Assembly: GCA_963662585.1 (NCBI GenBank)
Contig: OY759729.1
Coordinates: forward strand, 1,120,001 to 1,184,000
Source: Candidatus Cloacimonadales bacterium
GTDB lineage: Bacteria; Cloacimonadota; Cloacimonadia; Cloacimonadales; JAFGVF01
Direction of reading: 5' to 3'
DNA length: 64,000 nt
The translations under genes were made by a program, and so were the position numbers. The notes beneath the pieces were generated by a model that was given only the letters and a program-made list of their open reading frames with translations, searched no databases and was not told the origin of the DNA. This document shows positions 60,991 through 64,000 of the stretch, in pieces (the stretch's first letter is position 1; every line of letters starts with the position of its first letter).

Positions 60991-61100
60991 AATGCTTCTT
61001 CTCTTTACTCTTCATGCTCCTTCTCACTCATCTTAAATAAGTCTCAAATAATGATAAAGACGAGAGAGAAGGAGTAAGGGAAGAGCAATTTAAGAACAAA
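60991..61100. repeat. Inverted homologue of the 35599-35720 element
   Basis: The reverse complement contains CTCTTCCCTTACTC and TTAAGATGAGTGAGAAGGAGCATGA. Confidence 0.65.
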
Positions 61101-61114
61101 CCGTCATCTTCGAT

Positions 61115-61318
61115 GCCACGCACTTGCGTGGTGGTGGGTTAGCTTTTTAGACCAGCATTATCTGCTGGTCGCGGGCTGGAATCCCGCTTTCCCAGTTAGA
61201 AAGAATCCCGCTTTCCCAGTTAGAACGAAAAGCCCCACATTTCTGCAGGGCTATTATATTTATTATTTTATTGAAGGTAAGACCTCATGTGTCCCCCTCA
61301 TAGAGGGGGATTACAAGG
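61115..61318 (-). repeat. Cluster of hairpins and mosaic modules between convergent genes
   Basis: Hairpins CCACGCA-CT-TGCGTGG and GACCAGCA..TGCTGGTC; two AACTGGGAAAGCGGGATTC modules on the minus strand; terminator-like AAAAGCCCC..GGGCT; one degenerate 47-mer core TGTGTCCCCCTCATAGAGGGGGATT. Confidence 0.75.
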
Positions 61319-61323
61319 ATTAT

Positions 61324-64000
61324 CTACTTCATTAAAATCATTTTGCTTGTTTTTGAGTAAGTTCCACTTTTCATACGATAGAAATAAAGGCCTGAAGCAA
61401 CTGAGTTACCAGCACTATCTTGTCCATTCCATACTACACTGTGAGAACCTGCTTCTTTTGTATCATTAACAAGAGTTTTTACTTTCTGTCCAAGGATATT
61501 ATAGACTTCTAAAGTAACTTTACCAGCTTTTTCAACTGAGTAACTAATTCTAGTTTCAGGGTTGAATGGGTTAGGGTAGTTACCTTTTAAAGCATTAATA
61601 AATAGAGGAACAGTAGTATCATCATTATCAGTTCCACCTGCTGAAACAACTTTGAAATCATCAAGCATGAATACGAATGCATCATCTGAAACACATTGGA
61701 TAGCAACTCTGATTGTTTGGTTTGCATAATTATTTAAACCATACATGTAGCTAGTCCAAGTAGTAGGAGCTTCAGTATAAGTAGCACCTGAGATTGATTC
61801 GAAGTCGTTAGGGTTAGATGAACCAGTAGATACTAGAACATTAAATCTTTCTAAACCATATTGGCTAGTGATAGATTTAGCTTTGAAGTTAACTTCACCT
61901 TGTGCACCAAGAGTGAAAGGTTGTGAAATTAACCAGTCATTATTTGTAGGAGTTACAGCAGCAAAACTAGCAAGATATTTGCTTCCATCAGGAGCATTAT
62001 AACTTTCATCACTAAGAGCTGGAGTAGTCATAGCAGGATTAAATACTATGTAAGACATCATTGATTCAGCATTAGGGAATGTAGTTCCGTCAAATCCATA
62101 AGTTGCTGATAAATCACCATCTACAAGAGTCCAGTCTCCGAACTGTAATGAGAAGTCTGCATAGTCTTCAAAACTATCAGCAATAATAATATCACCAGGA
62201 TTAATGTTAATAACATTAACGGTAACACTGTTAGAGTTAAATGATTCTGCATCACCATACATAGCTGTTACATGATAAACATAAGTTCCATCAGCTAAAT
62301 CAGCATCAGTATAAGTAAGAACAGAAGCTGCAACTTCAGCAATTTCTTCGTTATCGCGGTAGATTTTGTAAGCAGTTACATCTCTTTCTACATTGAATCT
62401 ACTTGAAAGGATTGGGTTTAAGTTTCCTGCAACTAATTGAGCATTGCTGTTATTAGCTTTTGCAGATCTGTTAACCATAGCAATTGGAGTATAAGAAGCT
62501 CTATCAGCACCTTCAGGTGAAACAAAAGCTTGGATATTCCAGTTAATATTGATTGTAGTTATTGAAGAAAGCACATCCCAGCTTGCTTGGTCATTTAACT
62601 TAACCATATCTCCACCTGCAACAGCTGGACCAGCATCACTACCTGCAGGGTAACCTGTAGGAGTATTCACATAGTAACCAATATATACTGGACCTGCAGA
62701 AGGAATAGCAACTGCTGAGTCTAATGTAAATTCGTTCCATGCTTCATTAGTGAAATCTGTAATAGCTTGACTATATAATTCTGTGTTACCATTACTTCCA
62801 CCCCATACTTTGAGAGTATAAGTAGCAGAAGCTTCTCTTGGGAACATTTTAATTGAACTAATATACATACCTTGATAGATAGCTAACTCAGCTTCGGTGT
62901 ACATGTGAGCAATGTGCATTGTAGCAGCTGCACCAGTACCAATACCATCATTATTATCTTCAGAACCTTTAGTTAACCATAGGCCATTTGTTAAATCAAG
63001 TGGTGCTTCCCAGTTTAACTCTACACTTGAACCATCAACATCTGCTGTTAAGTTCATTGGAGGTAAAGTTGTAGCAGGGTCAACAATAGAAACTTCAACA
63101 GTATTAGAAGGATCAGATTCACCTTCTGTATAAACTGCAGTCACATAGTATTCGTAGTTTGCGAAATCTAATTCAGTTTCAGTATAGGTTAATACATCTG
63201 AAGTAACAGTAGAGATTTCAGTACCATCACGGTAAATTTTATATGCTGTTAATTCACGAGTTCTACGAGTAGAAACATAGTTAGGATCTTTAGCAAATCT
63301 ATTGTTTCTAATTCTAGGAGAAGCAAGAGTTTTGTCTGCTTTTGAGAATGATTTTAACTCAGAAGCATCAAATGCTATTGCTCTGCCATTATTACTAAAT
63401 ACGATATTATCGATGAATGTTGACCACCATAAACCTTGTCCATCACCATCAACAAAGTTCCAAGCTACATTAATTGTTTCTGAAACATAAGCTGAAAGAT
63501 CAACAGAAACTGGAGTAGCATAATTATTTTCACCTGCAGGAAGGTCAGTCGCATTCCAAACAGCAGTCCAGTTTGAGCCACCATCAGTTGAAACTTTTAC
63601 GAAATAATTATCACCATACTCTGAACCATAAGATCCATAATAATCAAAAGTTAAGTTGTTAACATTAGAAATTTCAGAAGTAACTAACCACTCATCTTGA
63701 GCTGAATAATCCCATTGAACACCTGCTTGATATGTTCCTTCAGTAGGTACAACATCACCAGTATCATAAGCTACAGTTTCAAATTGTTCCCAAGTTGCAG
63801 TAGTATTTGTAGCTTCAGTAGTCCAACCTGTTGGAGGGAATGATTCTTCAAATCCTTCTGTAATTTCGTCAGGAAGTACTGTGCCAGGAGCTAACCAGTT
63901 AAGAGTAACATCTTGACCAGAAACTGAAGCTGTTAAGTTAACAGGAGCTTCAACTTCAACAGGAGTAGTTGCAACAGTAGCAGTAACTACATTTGATAAT
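61324..64000 (-). CDS. Large secreted adhesin-like protein: FN3 domains, cleaved-adhesin/choice-of-anchor J-like domains and CTD (5' end outside the window)
   Basis: The frame stays open past the ORF-track start (63144) to the window edge: APVNLTASVSGQDVTLNWLAP, EGFEESFPPTGW, AYKIYRD, YYVTAVY..GES, NNDWLIS, NYPNPFNP...SKMILMK. Confidence 0.88.
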   Translation of the reverse strand, partial: LSNVVTATVATTPVEVEAPVNLTASVSGQDVTLNWLAPGTVLPDEITEGFEESFPPTGWTTEATNTTATWEQFETVAYDTGDVVPTEGTYQAGVQWDYSAQDEWLVTSEISNVNNLTFDYYGSYGSEYGDNYFVKVSTDGGSNWTAVWNATDLPAGENNYATPVSVDLSAYVSETINVAWNFVDGDGQGLWWSTFIDNIVFSNNGRAIAFDASELKSFSKADKTLASPRIRNNRFAKDPNYVSTRRTRELTAYKIYRDGTEISTVTSDVLTYTETELDFANYEYYVTAVYTEGESDPSNTVEVSIVDPATTLPPMNLTADVDGSSVELNWEAPLDLTNGLWLTKGSEDNNDGIGTGAAATMHIAHMYTEAELAIYQGMYISSIKMFPREASATYTLKVWGGSNGNTELYSQAITDFTNEAWNEFTLDSAVAIPSAGPVYIGYYVNTPTGYPAGSDAGPAVAGGDMVKLNDQASWDVLSSITTININWNIQAFVSPEGADRASYTPIAMVNRSAKANNSNAQLVAGNLNPILSSRFNVERDVTAYKIYRDNEEIAEVAASVLTYTDADLADGTYVYHVTAMYGDAESFNSNSVTVNVININPGDIIIADSFEDYADFSLQFGDWTLVDGDLSATYGFDGTTFPNAESMMSYIVFNPAMTTPALSDESYNAPDGSKYLASFAAVTPTNNDWLISQPFTLGAQGEVNFKAKSITSQYGLERFNVLVSTGSSNPNDFESISGATYTEAPTTWTSYMYGLNNYANQTIRVAIQCVSDDAFVFMLDDFKVVSAGGTDNDDTTVPLFINALKGNYPNPFNPETRISYSVEKAGKVTLEVYNILGQKVKTLVNDTKEAGSHSVVWNGQDSAGNSVASGLYFYRMKSGTYSKTSKMILMK

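Noticed and set aside
6588..63490. Numerous 60-130-aa ORFs antisense or out of frame within long genes (e.g. 6588-6836, 10187-10462, 19210-19596, 33755-34018, 60261-60545)
   Set aside because: Shadow ORFs nested in well-supported genes, with no independent evidence.
1..64000. rRNA, tRNA, prophage or defence-system genes
   Set aside because: None recognised by eye. Covariance-model searches (tRNAscan-SE, Infernal/Rfam) would be needed to exclude small RNAs.

Overview
AT-rich bacterial chromosome segment, most likely from a Candidatus Cloacimonadota (FCB superphylum) anaerobe. This is inferred from the many secreted proteins ending in an NxPNPFNP...K(K)MxLxK FlgD-Ig/T9SS-type sorting domain, a PorV-like barrel, and ptb/fhs fermentative genes. 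About 50 CDSs, mostly on the minus strand. Housekeeping genes: mnmE, yhbY, dxs, leuS, argS, tdk, punA, divIVA, yggT, dksA-like, lspA, fhs. There are also a Gld-like ABC operon, several signalling proteins and at least six CTD-bearing secreted proteins. I saw no rRNA, tRNA, CRISPR, transposase, integrase or phage genes. Most notable: (1) a family of modular intergenic mosaics. A (GAGAATT/G)n heptamer tract starts at or inside a stop codon and is followed by shuffled REP-like hairpin modules and 47-bp G/C-run tandem arrays, nearly always in the sense orientation of the upstream gene. (2) A TPR-sigma54 activator followed by a complete-looking -24/-12 promoter, a near-leaderless 77-aa ORF and two secreted paralogues with diverged N-terminal domains but about 97% identical C-terminal DNA. 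(3) A fused double deoxynucleoside kinase. (4) A gingipain-like protein that lacks both catalytic residues. (5) A CTD cargo/PorV-like pair inside the dksA-lspA operon. (6) A MerR-like HTH fused to a hybrid histidine kinase. (7) An ECF sigma operon with an unannotated 47-aa ORF and a soluble repeat protein. All family assignments come from motifs read by eye; no database searches were run.
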